64,000 nucleotides of DNA from Eledone cirrhosa (taxonomy: Eukaryota), in the NCBI GenBank assembly GCA_964016885.1, contig OZ024766.1:6758001-6822000 (forward strand), written 5' to 3'. Shown here one piece after another: positions 26,170 through 42,027 of this stretch. Below the pieces are notes generated by a model. The model was not told the origin of the DNA, searched no databases, and saw nothing but the letters and a program-made list of their open reading frames with translations. Made by a program: the position numbers and the translations under genes. Positions within the stretch are counted from its first letter, which is position 1, and each line of letters opens with the position of its first letter.

Positions 26170-28812
26170 GTGGTGGGGTGGTGAGGTGGTGTGGTGTGTT
26201 GTGGTGTAGTATATTGTTTTGGGCGGTGGTGTGTTGTGTTGTGTTGTGGTATGGTGTATTGTTTTGGGAGGTGTTGTGTATTGTTTTGGGAGGTGGTGTG
26301 TTGTGTTGTGGTGTGGTGTATTGTTTTTTGGGAGATGGTGTGTTGTGTTGTGTTGTGTTGTGGTGTGTTGTGGTGTGTTGTGGTGTGTTGTGGTGTGGTG
26401 TATTGTTTTGGGAGGTGGTGTGTTGTGTTGTGGTGTGGTGTTTTGTTTTGGGAGATGGTGTGTTGTGATGTGGTGTGTTGTGGTGTTGTGTATTGTTTTG
26501 GGAGGTGGTGTGTTGTGTTGTGTTGTGTTGTGGTGTATTGTTTTGGGAGGTGGTGTGTTGTGTGGTGTATTGTTTTGGGAGGTGGTGTGTTGTGTTGTGG
26601 TGTGTTGTTTGAGGAGGAATTGGGGTGGTTATTGTGTGGTGGGGTGTTGTGTTGTGTGGTGGGGGTGTTGTTTTGGGAAGAAATTAGTTGCGTTGTGGTG
26701 TGGGGTGGTGTTGTGTTGTGTGGTGGGGGTGTTGTTTTGGGAAGGTGTTGTTTTGGGAAGAAATTAGTTGCGTTGTGGTGTGGGGTGGTGTTGTGTTGTG
26801 TGGTGGGGGTGTTGTTTTGGGAAAAATTTAGTTGTTGTGGTGTGTTGTGTTGGCAGTGTTGTGGGGTGGTGTGGTGTGTTGGAGGTGTTGTGTTGTGTTG
26901 GAGGTGTTGTGTTGTGTTGGCAGTGTTGTGTTGTGTTGTGTTGTGGTGTGTTGTGTTGGAGGTGTTGTGTTGTGTTGTGTTGGCAGTGTTGTGTTGTGTT
27001 GTGTTGTGTTGGCAGTGTTGTGTTGTGTTGTGTTTGTTGTGTTGTGTTGGAGGTGTTGTGTTGGAGGTGTTGTGTTGTGTTGTGTTGTGTTGGAGGTGTT
27101 GTGGTGTGTTGTGTTGTGTTGGAGGTGTTGTGTTGTGTTGGAGGTGTTGTGTTGGCAGTGTTGTGTTGGAGGTGTTGTGTTGTGTGTGTTGTGTTGTGTT
27201 GGAGGTGTTGTGTTGTGTTGGAGGTGTTGTGTTGTGTTGGCAGTGTTGTGTTGTGGTGTGTTGTGTTGTGTTGGAGGTGTTGTGTTGTGTTGGCAGTGTT
27301 GTGTTGTGTTGTGGGGTGGTGTGTTGTGTTGGAGGTGTTGTGTTGTGTTGGCAGTGTTGTGTTGTGTTGTGTTGTGGTGTGTTGTGTTGGAGGTGCAGTG
27401 TTGTGTTGTGGTGTGTTGTGTTGTGTTGGAGGTGTTGTGTTGTGTTGGAGGTGTTGTGTTGTGTTGGCAGTGTTGTGTTGTGGTGTGTTGTGTTGTGTTG
27501 GAGGTGTTGTGTTGTGTTGGAGGTGTTGTGTTGTGTTGGCAGTGTTGTGTTGTTGTGGTGTGTTGTGTTGTGTTGGAGGTGTTGTGTTGTGTTGGAGGTG
27601 TTGTGTTGTGTTGGAGGTGTTGTGTTGTGTTGGCAGTGTTGTGTTGTGGTGTGTTGGAGGTGTTGTGTTGTGTTGGAGGTGTTGTGTTGTGTTGTGGGGT
27701 GGTGTGTTGTGTTGGAGGTGTTGTGTTGTGTTGGAGGTGTTGTGTTGTGTTGGAGGTGTTGTGTTGTGTTGGCAGTGTTGTGTTGTGGTGTGGTGTGTTG
27801 TGTTGTGTTGTGTTGGAGGTGTTGTGTTGTGTTGGCAGTGTTGTGTTGTGGTGTGTTGTGTTGTGTTAGAGGTGTTGTGTTGTGTTGGAGGTGTTGTGTT
27901 GTGTTGGCAGTGTTGTGTTGTGTTGTGGGGTGGTGTGTTGTGTTGGCAGTGTTGTGTTGTGTTGGAGGTGTTGTGTTGTGTTGGAGGTGTTGTGTTGTGT
28001 TGGCAGTGTTGTGTTGTGGTGTGTTGTGTTGTGTTGGAGGTGTTGTGTTGTGTTGGAGGTGTTGTGTTGTGTTGGCAGTGTTGTGTTGGAGGTGTTGTGT
28101 TGTGTTGGAGGTGTTGTGTTGTGTTGTGGTGTGTTGTGTTGTGTTGGCAGTGTTGTGTTGTGTTGGAGGTGTTGTGTTGTGTTGGAGGTGTTGTGTTGTG
28201 TTGGCAGTGTTGTGTTGTGGTGTGTTGTGTTCTGTTGGAGGTGTTGTGTTGGAGGTGTTGTGTTGGAGGTGTTGTGTTGTGTTGGAGGTGTTGTGTTGTG
28301 TTGGTGGTGGGTGTTGTGTTGTGTTGGAGGTGTTGTGTTGTGTTGGTGGTGTGTGTGTTGGTGTTGGGGTGTTGGTGTTGTGTGGGTGTGGTGTGTGGGT
28401 GTTGTGTTGGTGTGGTTGTGTTGTGTTGGAGGTGTTGTGTTGGTGGTGTTGTGTTGTGTTGGCAGTGTTGTGTTGTGTTGGAGGTGTTGTGTTGTGTTGG
28501 CAGTGTTGTGTTGTGGTGTGTTGTGTTGTGTTGGAGGTGTTGTGTTGTGTTGGAGGTGTTGTGTTGTGTTGGAGGTGTTGTGTTGTGTTGGAGGTGTTGT
28601 GTTGTGTTGGCAGTGTTGTGTTGTGTTGGAGAATGTGGCTGCATTGTGTGGTTGTATGTTTTTATAAGGAGGCTTGTGTTGTTGTTAGTAGAGGTTGGTT
28701 TTGATGTTGTGGTGTTGGTGGTAGTGGTGGTGGTGGTGGTGTTGGCTGTAGTAGTAGTAGTGGTGGTAGTGGTGTCACTGGTAGTAGTAGTGGTGGTGGT
28801 GGTGTTGGCTGT
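26170..28812. repeat. G/T-rich satellite built on (TGTGT)n with TGGAGG/TGGCAG variants
   Basis: Visible. Confidence 0.95.
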
Positions 28813-28815
28813 AGT

Positions 28816-30492
28816 ACACAACACCACCACCACTACTACCACAACTCCCACCACACCACGACCAGCACCACGACTACCACCCACAACTACCACCCACAAC
28901 TACACAACCACCACCACAACTACACAACCACCACCACTACTACCACACCACAACTACCACCACACCACACCACCACCAGCACCACAACTACCACCACAAC
29001 TACACACCACACCACAACACCACCACTACTACCACAACTACCACCACTACTACCACACCACAACTACCACCCACAACTACACAACCACCACCACTACTAC
29101 CACACCACAACTACCACCACACCACACCACCACCAGCACCACAACTACCACCACAACTACACACCACACCACAACACCACCACTACTACCACAACTACCA
29201 CCACACAACCACAACTATACAACCACCACCACCACAACTACCACCACCACCACCACCACCACAACTACACACCACACCACAACACCACCACCACTACTAC
29301 CACAACTACCACCACACAACCACAACTATACAACCACCACCACCACCACAACTACCACCACAACTACACAACCACTACCACCACCACCGCCACAACACCA
29401 GCTCCACAACTGCACACCACACCACACCACACCACACCACAACACCACCACCACCACCACACCAGCACCACACCACAACACCACCACCACCACCACCACC
29501 ACCACACCACAACACCACCAGCACCACACCACAACACCACCAACACCACCACCACCACCACCACCACCACCACACCACAACACCACCAGCACCACACCAC
29601 AACACCACCAGCACCACCACCACCACACCACACCACAACACCACACCACAACCACCACACCACAACCACCACACCACACCACACCACACCACACCACACC
29701 ACACCACCACACCACACCACCACCACACCACAACACCACCAGCACCACCACCACAACACCACCAGCACCACCACACCACCACCACACCACAACACCACCA
29801 GCACCACAACACCACCAGCACCACCACCACAACACCACCAGCACCACCACACCACCAGCACCACCACACCACCACTACACCACCACACCACCACCACACC
29901 ACACCACACCACACCACACACACACAACACCACCACAACACCACCACAACACCACCACAACACCACCACAACACCACCACAACACCACCACAACACCACC
30001 ACACCACCACCACACCACCACCACACCACCACCACACCACCACCACACCACACCACAACACCACCACCACACCACAACACCACCACACCACCACCACACC
30101 ACCACCACACCACCACCACACCACCACACCACCACCACACCACCACCACACCACAACACCACCACACCACCACCACACCACCACCACACCACCACCACAC
30201 CACACCACCACCACCACACCACACCACCACCACACCACACCACACCACACCACACCACAACACCACCACCACACCACAACACCACCAGCACACCACAACA
30301 CCACCACCACACCACCACCACACCACCACACCACCACCACACCACCACCACACCACCACCACACCACACCACCACCACAACACCACCACCACACCACAAC
30401 ACCACACCACACCACACCACACCACACCACACCACACCACACCACACCACACCACACCACCACACCACCACACCACAAACAACAACAACAAC
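28816..30492. repeat. C/A-rich (CAC/CACCA/CAA)n satellite
   Basis: Visible. Confidence 0.95.
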
Positions 30493-30617
30493 AAATTCAT
30501 TTGAAGTCCAAAGAAAATATTTTTGTTGTCAACGAAAAACATTTTATTTATTTTTTTTCCTCCATTTCAAATTATTTCTTATTTACTTTAAAAGACTCGC
30601 ACTGGAAGATGAAAGAT

Positions 30618-32164
30618 CTTATGAAATGTGTATTTGAAGTGGTGTTAGTCAGCCCCAGGAGAGGAAGCGAACAACTTTAGATCGAGACAAGGTTCTTAGA
30701 GAAATTCTGTCGTTAGTGGATTGTTAGAGATTGTGTTGTAAAGGTATGGAGTTCGGATTTCTGTTAGGTTTGGTAAACAGTGAGCTGTGATTTGAGGTAG
30801 ATTGGCTGTTGTTTCTAACAGGTCTAGCTACGATGTACAGGTGTGTTTTATGCTCACTCGGTATACCACCTACGGATGCAGTTATATGTGTCAAGAACAG
30901 ACAATATATGTGTTTATACTTATGAAATGTGTATTTGAAGTGGTGTTAGTCTGCCCCAGGAGAGGAAGATCACAACTTTAGATCGAAGACACGGTTCTTA
31001 GAGAAATTCTGTCGTTGGTGGTGTTTACAGTGGATTGTTAGAGATTGTGTTGTAAAGGTCTCGAGTTGGGATGTCTGTTAGGTTTGGTAAACAGTGAGCT
31101 GTGATTTGAGGTAGATTTGGCTGTTGTTTCTAACAGGTCTAGCTACTATGTACAGGTGTGTTTTATGCTCATTCACTATACCACCTACGGATGCAGTTAT
31201 ATGTGTCAAGAACAGACAATATATGTGTTTATACTTATGAAATGTGTATTTGAAGTGGTGTTAGTCTGCCCCAGGAGAGGAAGATCACAACTTTAGATCG
31301 AAGACACGGTTCTTAGAGAAATTCTGTCGTTGGTGGTGTTTACAGTGGATTGTTAGAGATTGTGTTGTAAAGGTCTCGAGTTGGGATGTCTGTTAGGTTT
31401 GGTAAACAGTGAGCTGTGATTTGAGGTAGATTTGGCTGTTGTTTCTAACAGGTCTAGCTACTATGTACAGGTGTGTTTTATGCTCATTCACTATACCACC
31501 TACGGATGCAGTTATATGTGTCAAGAACAGACAATATATGTGTTTATACTTATGAAATGTGTATTTGAAGTGGTGTTAGTCTTCCCCAGGAGAGGAAGAT
31601 CACAACTTTAGATCGAAGACACGGTTCTTAGAGAAATTCTGTCGTTGGTGGTGTTTACAGTGGATTGTTAGAGATTGTGTTGTAAAGGTCTCGAGTTGGG
31701 ATGTCTGTTAGGTTTGGTAAACAGTGAGCTGTGATTTGAGGTAGATTGGCTGTTGTTTCTAACAGGTCTAGCTACGATGTACAGGTGTGTTTTATGCTCA
31801 CTCGGTATACCACCTACGGATGCAGTTATATGTGTCAAGAACAGACAATATATGTGTTTATACTTATGAAATGTGTATTTGAAGTGGTGTTAGTCTGCCC
31901 CAGGAGAGGAAGATCACAACTTTAGATCGAAGACACGGTTCTTAGAGAAATTCTGTCGTTGGTGGTGTTTACAGTGGATTGTTAGAGATTGTGTTGTAAA
32001 GGTCTCGAGTTGGGATGTCTGTTAGGTTTGGTAAACAGTGAGCTGTGATTTGAGGTAGATTTGGCTGTTGTTTCTAACAGGTCTAGCTACTATGTACAGG
32101 TGTGTTTTATGCTCATTCACTATACCACCTACGGATGCAGTTATGTGTGTCAAGAACAGACAAT
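30618..32164. repeat. ~315-bp tandem repeat, 5 copies
   Basis: Unit starts cttatgaaatgtgtatttg at 30618, 30919, 31234, 31549, 31863. Confidence 0.95.
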
Positions 32165-32179
32165 CATTACATGATTTCA

Positions 32180-32408
32180 TCATTTCATTTTATGTCCGCT
32201 TTTCCCTGCTTGCAAGGGTGGGACGGGAACTGATTCTGGCTTGATCTCTACAGCTGGATGCCCTTCCTAACACCAACCTCATTTACAGTGAGTGCTGGGT
32301 GCTTTTTTGCCGTGGCACCTCCACGTCCACTTTGCAGTGAGTGCTGGGTGCTTTCTTGCCGTGGCACCTCCACGACCACTTTACAGTGAGTGCTGGGTGC
32401 TTTTTTGC
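32180..32408 (-). mobile_element. SINE family A 3' fragment
   Basis: Matches 16950-17140. Confidence 0.8.
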
Positions 32409-33098
32409 CAGTGTATTACTGGTACTTTATTTTATCGACCCCGTAATAATTGTTTCTACTATTGGCACAAGGCCAGCAATTACCCAGTGTATTACTGGTA
32501 CTTTATTTTATCAACCCTGTAATAATTGTTTCTACTTTAGGCACAAGGCCAGCAATTACCCCAGTGTATTACTGGTATTTTATTTTATCAACCCTGTAAT
32601 AATTGTTTCTACTTTTGGCACAAGGCCAGCAATTACCCCAGTGTATTACTGGTACCTTATTTTATCAACCCTGTAATAATTGTTTCTACTTTAGGCACAA
32701 GGCCAGCAATTACCCCAGTGTATTACTGGTACTTTATTTTATCAACCCTGTAATAATTGTTTCTACTTTAGGCACAAGGCCAGCAATTACCCCAGTGTAT
32801 TACTGGTACTTTATTTTATAAAATATAATAATAATAATTGTTTCTACTTTAGGCACAAGGCCAACAATTACCCCAGTGTATTACTGGTACTTTATTTTAT
32901 AAAATATAATAATAATAATTGTTTCTACTTTAGGCACAAGGCCAACAATTACCCCAGTGTATTACTGGTACTTTATTTTATCGACCCCGTGAGGATGAAA
33001 GGCAAAGTCAACCTCGGCGGGATTTGAACTCAGAATGGCAAGGGCCGTAACTCTATGCTGGAAAGCATGGCGTCCGACCCTCTACCGATACTGCCACT
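32409..33098 (-). mobile_element. SINE family B with its 3' ~77-bp segment tandemly repeated ~7 times
   Basis: Head with GAGTTCAAATCC at ~33020-33032; 77-bp period at 32561, 32638, 32715, 32792. Confidence 0.85.
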
Positions 33099-33329
33099 CC
33101 ACCTAAAATATAATGAGATGCAGGGATGGGCTTTGACCTTGTAGAGTCTCAGTATTAAGTCTATCCACTCCCCTATTCCTAATCCCCTCCCATGCCCCAC
33201 CCCTATTCCTAATCCCCTCCCATGCCCCACCCCTACGATACAGCAATTGGACACAATAGCAGGCGGTGAGCTATACCTGCGATAATTGGTTTTATATACG
33301 TGAATATGTGTATACAGGGGTAATATGTT

Positions 33330-35140
<1,811 letters not shown>

Positions 35141-35346
35141 CAGAAAGAAAGAGAATCAGTGTTGCGACGAATGGAATTTATTGGACATATTACAATCGTT
35201 TCTCTGGCAACCAGCTCGAAGCACGATCGATGTGGTGATCGAACCTGACTCTGAAAATCGCTAGGTCCTCAGATACGTCTTGATTCTGCTTCATAGAATC
35301 ATGGCGTATCTGAGGACATCGAACACCAATTATATATATATAAGAT

Positions 35347-35686
35347 GGAAGCACACGGCTTAGTGGTTAGAGCATTGGCCTTGCAATCGAAAGGTTGTGA
35401 GTTCAATTCTCAGACCGGGTGATGTGTTGTTTCCTTGAGCAAGACACTTTATTTCACATTGCTCCAGTTTACTCAGCTGTAGAAATGAGATGATAGGGAC
35501 TGGGGTCCCTATCATTCCACTGCAAAGTGGTCGTGGAGGTGCCACGGCAAAAAAGCAGCCAGCACTCACTGTAAATGAGGTTGGTGTTAGGAAGGGCATC
35601 CAGCTGTAGAAATCAAGCCAGAATCAGTTCCCGTCCCACCCTTGCAAGCAGGGAAAAAGCGGACATAAAATGATGATGATGATGAT
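35347..35686 (+). mobile_element. Full-length tRNA-derived SINE family A (~340 bp)
   Basis: A box GGCTTAGTGG, B box GAGTTCAATTC, central TCCTTGAGCAAGACACTT (V-domain-like, from recall), RTE-type tail and (TGA)n. Confidence 0.9.
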
Positions 35687-35835
35687 AACTTTGGATACAA
35701 GCAAGACAGGAACAATCTACACGCTGCAATATATATATATATATATATATACGTTATTCCGGGTTGAATCGGAGGTAACCACAGTAAGTAAGGTACTCAA
35801 TACATAGCAGAGTATAAAAGTTTTAATATAGATGA

Positions 35836-35884
35836 GATTCTACAGGACTAGAACTGTTTCATTCTTTAGAAATCATCAGGAATC
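35836..35884 (-). ncRNA. Complete type I hammerhead ribozyme motif (same family as 18740)
   Basis: gattc-CTGATGA-tTTCtaaaGAAt-GAA-ACAG-ttctagtc-CTGT-A-gaatc; stem I differs from the 18740 copy but still pairs. Confidence 0.75.
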
Positions 35885-35921
35885 CCTGACATGCATATAT
35901 ATATATATATATATATGCATG

Positions 35922-36190
35922 TCAGGGTATTCTTCTAGGAGAAGGCAACTGGGGTAACTCCGATATAAAACCTGCAGCTCAGTAGTTACTGATGATGTTG
36001 ATCTTTTCTTCTTTTCAGGTTATAGCTACTGTCTCTCTGTGCACTGAGCCAATCCCACTCTCTGTCTTTCCTCACTTTAAGAAATATCTTCACGCACAGG
36101 CATTGCACGATAGCATTAATTAATAATTATTAATAATGGTATATCATGCAATGGCCATACTCGATAACGAAGGGGCAGCCCACACATACA
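35922..36190 (+). mobile_element. Diverged relative of the bipartite RTE-derived element
   Basis: Shares ttctaggagaagg, gatgttga..ttcttctttt, cttcacgcacaggcattgc, tggcc.tactcga motifs with 3318..3926. Confidence 0.55.
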
Positions 36191-36302
36191 CACATGTACT
36201 TCCCTGACATTTGTGTATTATTCTATGTACTATATTGACGAGTTGTGGTGCACCTGAGCACTTTACACAATAATTTCATTATTATTATATATATATATAT
36301 AG

Positions 36303-36907
36303 TCATCATTATCATCACAGTTTTACGTCTGTTCTTCCACGCTAGCATGGGTTAGACGGGTTGTCCTGTTGTGCACAGTGTCCAGTCGGATGACCTTGTC
36401 TTGCTCATACGGGAACTGATTCTGGCTTGGTTTCTACAGCTGGATGCCCTTCCTAACACCAACCTCATTTACAGTGAGTGCTGGCTGCTTTTTTGCCGTG
36501 GCACCTCCACGGCCACTTTACAGTGTGGGCTGGGAGCTTTCTTTGCCGTGGCACCTACATGACCACTTTACAGTGTGGGCTGGGTGCTTTCTTTGCCGTG
36601 GCACCTACATGACCACTTTACAGTGTGGGCTGGGTGCTTTCTTTGCCGTGGCACCTACAGGACCACTTTACAGTGTGGGCTGGGTGCTCTTTTTGCCGTG
36701 GCACCTCCACGACCACTTTGCAGTCGAATGTATATATACATAAGGTTGTGGAATGTATATATATATCAGCTGTAGAAATGAGATGATAGGGACCCCAGTC
36801 CCTATCATCACATTTCTACAGCTGAGTAAACTGGAGCAATGGGAAATAAAGTGTCTTGCTCAAGGAAACAACACATCACCCGGTCTGAGAATTGAACTCA
36901 CAACCTT
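36303..36907 (-). mobile_element. SINE-A/RTE-tail composite with short 49-bp array
   Basis: Tail like 1730-1830, repeated tttacagtgtgggctggg units, head truncated at ~36907. Confidence 0.75.
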
Positions 36908-37398
36908 ATATATATATATATACAATAATTTATCGGTTTCACACATATCCAGATTGAGAGTGTATATATATAGATGGTGTGTGTATATATATAGATGGTG
37001 TATATATATATATATATAGCTGTAATATCTATATACATCAATAACTCAGCCTACAGTACTTTTCATTTTTATCTATTGGTGCATCTTATATACACTCACT
37101 CACCTGTGTATGTATAATATATATATATATATATATATATATCTATGTGTGTATGAGAGTAGATGGAAGACACTTTCTATACACACACGTGTGTATATAT
37201 TATCATCATCATCATCATTTTATGTCTGCTTTTCCCTGCTTGCAAGGGTGGGATATATATGTGTATATATATTTGTGTGTGTGTGTATATATATATATAT
37301 ATACATGTATATATATGTATAAATATATGCATATATATATATATATACATGTATACATATGTATAAATATATGCATATATATATATATATACACGCAC

Positions 37399-37431
<33 letters not shown>

Positions 37432-37478
37432 CACACATATATATATGCATATATATATATACACACACACACACATAA

Positions 37479-37510
<32 letters not shown>

Positions 37511-37826
37511 TCACACATAAATATATATATATATATATATACATACACACACACACATAAATATATATATATATATATATACACACACTCACACATAAAT
37601 ATATATATATATATACACACATATATACACACACTCACACATAAATATATATAAATTCACACAACTTCTCCAGAATTTATTTTTCTTCCTTTCACAAAAA
37701 GATAAAAATTTAGCAAATTTCTTCAAAAAATTCCTTGATTTTTCCAAAGACTTTTGTGGTTCTTGAAAAACTGTTTCTGTGTAAAAGTCATTGTTTGAAA
37801 GTAAGATAACTTAATGAGGTTTGGAC

Positions 37827-38432
37827 TGTGGTGTGGTAGTGTGGTAGTGTGGTGGTGTAGTGGTGGTGGTAGTGTGGTGGTGGTGGTAGTAGTGTGGTGG
37901 TGGTGGTGTTGTTGTGGTGGTGGTGGTGTAGTGGTGGGTGTGGTAGTGGTGTAGTGGTGGTGGTGTGGTGGTGGTGGTAGTGTGGTGGTGGTAGTGGTGG
38001 TGGTGGTAGTGTGGTGGTGGTAGTGGTGTGGTGGTGTGGTGGTGGTGTGGTGTTGGTGGTGGTGTTGTGGTAGTGTGGTGGTGGTTGTGGTGGTAGTGTC
38101 GTGGTGGTGGTTGTGGTGTGGTCGTGGTGGTGGTGGTGTTGTAGTGGTGGTGGTGTTGTGGTAGTGGTGTGGTGGTGGTGGTGGTGGTGATGTTGGTGTA
38201 GTGTTGTGGTGGGGGTGTGTTGTAGTGGTGGTGTTGTGGTGGTGGTGTGTTGTTGTAGTGGTGGTGTGGTAATGGTGGTGGTGGTGTGGTAGTGGTGTGG
38301 TAGTGGTGATTTTGGTGGTGGTAGTGTTGTGGTGGTGGTGGTGGTGGTGGTGGTGTTGTTGTGTTGTGGTGGTGGTGGTGTTGGTGGTGTTGTTGTGTTG
38401 TAGTGGTGGTGGTGGTGTTGGTGGTGGTGTGT
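37827..38432. repeat. (GGT/GTA)n low-complexity tract
   Basis: Visible. Confidence 0.93.
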
Positions 38433-38850
38433 ATTTATATATATATTTATATATGTTGCTTGTTTATTTCCTTTCTTTGGTTTGTTTTTATCCTTCTATG
38501 TTGTTCACTTGTCCCCCTCGCTTTACGCGATTTACTGGTCCCAATAACTTTTTTTAGCTTATTGCTCGCACCAGCCTGAGGTGTCTGATTTTTAATGCGA
38601 TGAAATACCAATGATGGTTGGAAAATCACTGACGAAGGACTATTTTATCATATGTAACCCATGTGCAAACCACGCAGTATTCTTCTTTCTTCTCATGTTT
38701 TTATATATATATACACACACATACATATTTATAATGGTTTTCTCTCTTCCATTCTCCAGGAATTCCTAGTAGTTTACGTATTTATCAAGATGGCGAATTC
38801 ACCTCAGCCGGGAGTCTGGGCTCTCTGTTTTTATATATATATATATATAT

Positions 38851-39024
38851 AACGAAGGAAATGTGGTAAGGAACCAGGGGGACCATAACGCACCAAAGTA
38901 CTCAATACTTGAGGTAGTAGAGTGGGTAATAGGAACCAGTAAGACCCCGACAGCTGAGCTCAAGCCGTTTCGACGGCTAATTCTGGACTCATATTCTGGA
39001 CTCATATTCTGGACTCATATTCTG

Positions 39025-39028
<4 letters not shown>
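38851..39028 (-). mobile_element. Probable Penelope-like terminal fragment with 3' half of a hammerhead and 13-bp end reiteration
   Basis: Reverse complement of 63684..63822; (catattctggact) repeated at the truncated end; flanked by (TA)n. Confidence 0.6.
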
Positions 39029-39061
<33 letters not shown>

Positions 39062-39068
<7 letters not shown>

Positions 39069-39260
39069 GTTTGTATTTGTAAAGCCAAAACAATGCAGGT
39101 ATGGACATAGAAAAAAAACTGCAAATGCAAAAGATATTAGTCTTTTACCTTAAATAAATTTAAGGTAAAAGACTAATTGTCAGCAATATCTTTTGCATTT
39201 GCATTCTTTATTCTATGTCCATACCTGCATTGTTTTGGCTTTACAAATACAAACGTTTAT
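39062..39260. repeat. Nested inverted repeat (~75-bp outer arms, ~17-bp inner arms)
   Basis: tataaacgtttgtatttgtaaagccaaaacaatgcagg... pairs with ...cctgcattgttttggctttacaaatacaaacgtttata. Confidence 0.9.
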
Positions 39261-39299
39261 ACCTCATTACACAATGCTTCAAGTGAACTATAACTTCCT

Positions 39300-39350
<51 letters not shown>

Positions 39351-39867
39351 GAAGATGGACGTTAAATGATGATGATGATATACACTTTTATTGACGTTAA
39401 ACGATGAAGATGATGATGATGATGATATAAACTTTTATTATAATACATTTGAAGAGTGCATACATTTTTTGTGGACACCCTATATATATAAAGGAATATG
39501 TGACCATCTATATGTGTATATATTATATATATATATATTCGGGTGTGCACATATAGATGGTTATATATATATATATTGTTATACTTGGGGAGGGTCATAT
39601 TTGTGTAATAATATTGCCAGGGTCATATTTGTGTAATATATATGTATATACATATATATATATACATATATAAGTATGAATATGTACATACATATATGTA
39701 TACAGACGTACAGTAGTATGTATATATATATATACATGCACACATATATATATATGTACTTATGGGTTTACCAAACATTTATTATAATGCTCGGTCTGTT
39801 TGTAAACAAACAGCCCGAATTAAGCCGTACAGTGTTCGGCAACCATCGTTGCCCTTTTGTTCAAAGA

Positions 39868-39910
39868 ACGATGAAATAGTTTCTAGCTTATTAACTGTCA
39901 TCAGCATCGT
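39868..39910 (-). ncRNA. Degenerate minimal hammerhead motif
   Basis: acgatg-CTGATGA-cAGTTaataAGCTa-GAAACtattt-catcgt; 6-bp stem I; stem III has a mismatch. Confidence 0.55.
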
Positions 39911-40089
39911 ATACCTTTCTGTCAGATGATTGAACGTTTGAAAGTATATACTTTCCTTATGCATATTAACGGCTGAGCAGCCTAATTTGCATATCGAGTG
40001 AGTTAGTCAACTGGGCGCACCGAAAACGATAAATGGAAAAAATTGAAACAAAATTTCATTTGTCACTCTTAATACGGCTGATACTTAAA

Positions 40090-41572
<1,483 letters not shown>

Positions 41573-41621
41573 CGATATTAAATAAATGGAAACTATATTT
41601 ATAAAACCATATTTATTTCAT

Positions 41622-41676
41622 TATACATATTTCAGGGATACCAAATTAAAATATGGTATGCCTTCATCAGACAAAA
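41622..41676 (-). ncRNA. Hammerhead motif inside an inverted-repeat island
   Basis: CTGATGA-AGGcATACC..GGTATcCCT-GAAATATGTA; stem I weak; flanking inverted repeat ~41577-41601 / ~41721-41745. Confidence 0.5.
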
Positions 41677-41926
41677 TACAATATATAAACAGTTTTATAA
41701 ATAATTTTGACGTACCCTATTAAATATAGTTTCCATTTATTAATATATTGAATATTTACTCCATTAAACTGTTGAGTGCTCTATATCAGTTATAAACTTT
41801 TAAGTTTGTTGGAATCCCAACAAATTAAATATAACATCTACGTATATATATATACATACATATGTCCCAAGGCTCTGATACCATCAACACTATACACACA
41901 GAGCTGGCATATCTAAGAACTGACTA

Positions 41927-41982
41927 ACTGCCTGATGAGGTCATAGCCATTCAATGGCTACCATCGAAATATATATAGCAGT
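41927..41982 (+). ncRNA. Complete type I hammerhead ribozyme motif
   Basis: actgc-CTGATGA-ggtcaTAGCCATtcaATGGCTAccatc-GAA-ATATATAT-A-gcagt-aaataaa. Confidence 0.72.
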
Positions 41983-42027
41983 AAATAAAGGATTATGAGT
42001 TCATGCAATTGAATTATGTTTCGTCAC

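Noticed and set aside
30618-32164. Retrozyme call for the 315-bp tandem repeat
   Set aside because: No hammerhead core found on either strand.
35347-35420. Possible tRNA gene (A and B boxes, ttGCAat anticodon-like loop)
   Set aside because: The acceptor stem does not close and the sequence continues into a multi-copy SINE body.
38625-38682. CTGACGA...GCAAAC as a hammerhead
   Set aside because: No convincing stems I-III could be drawn.
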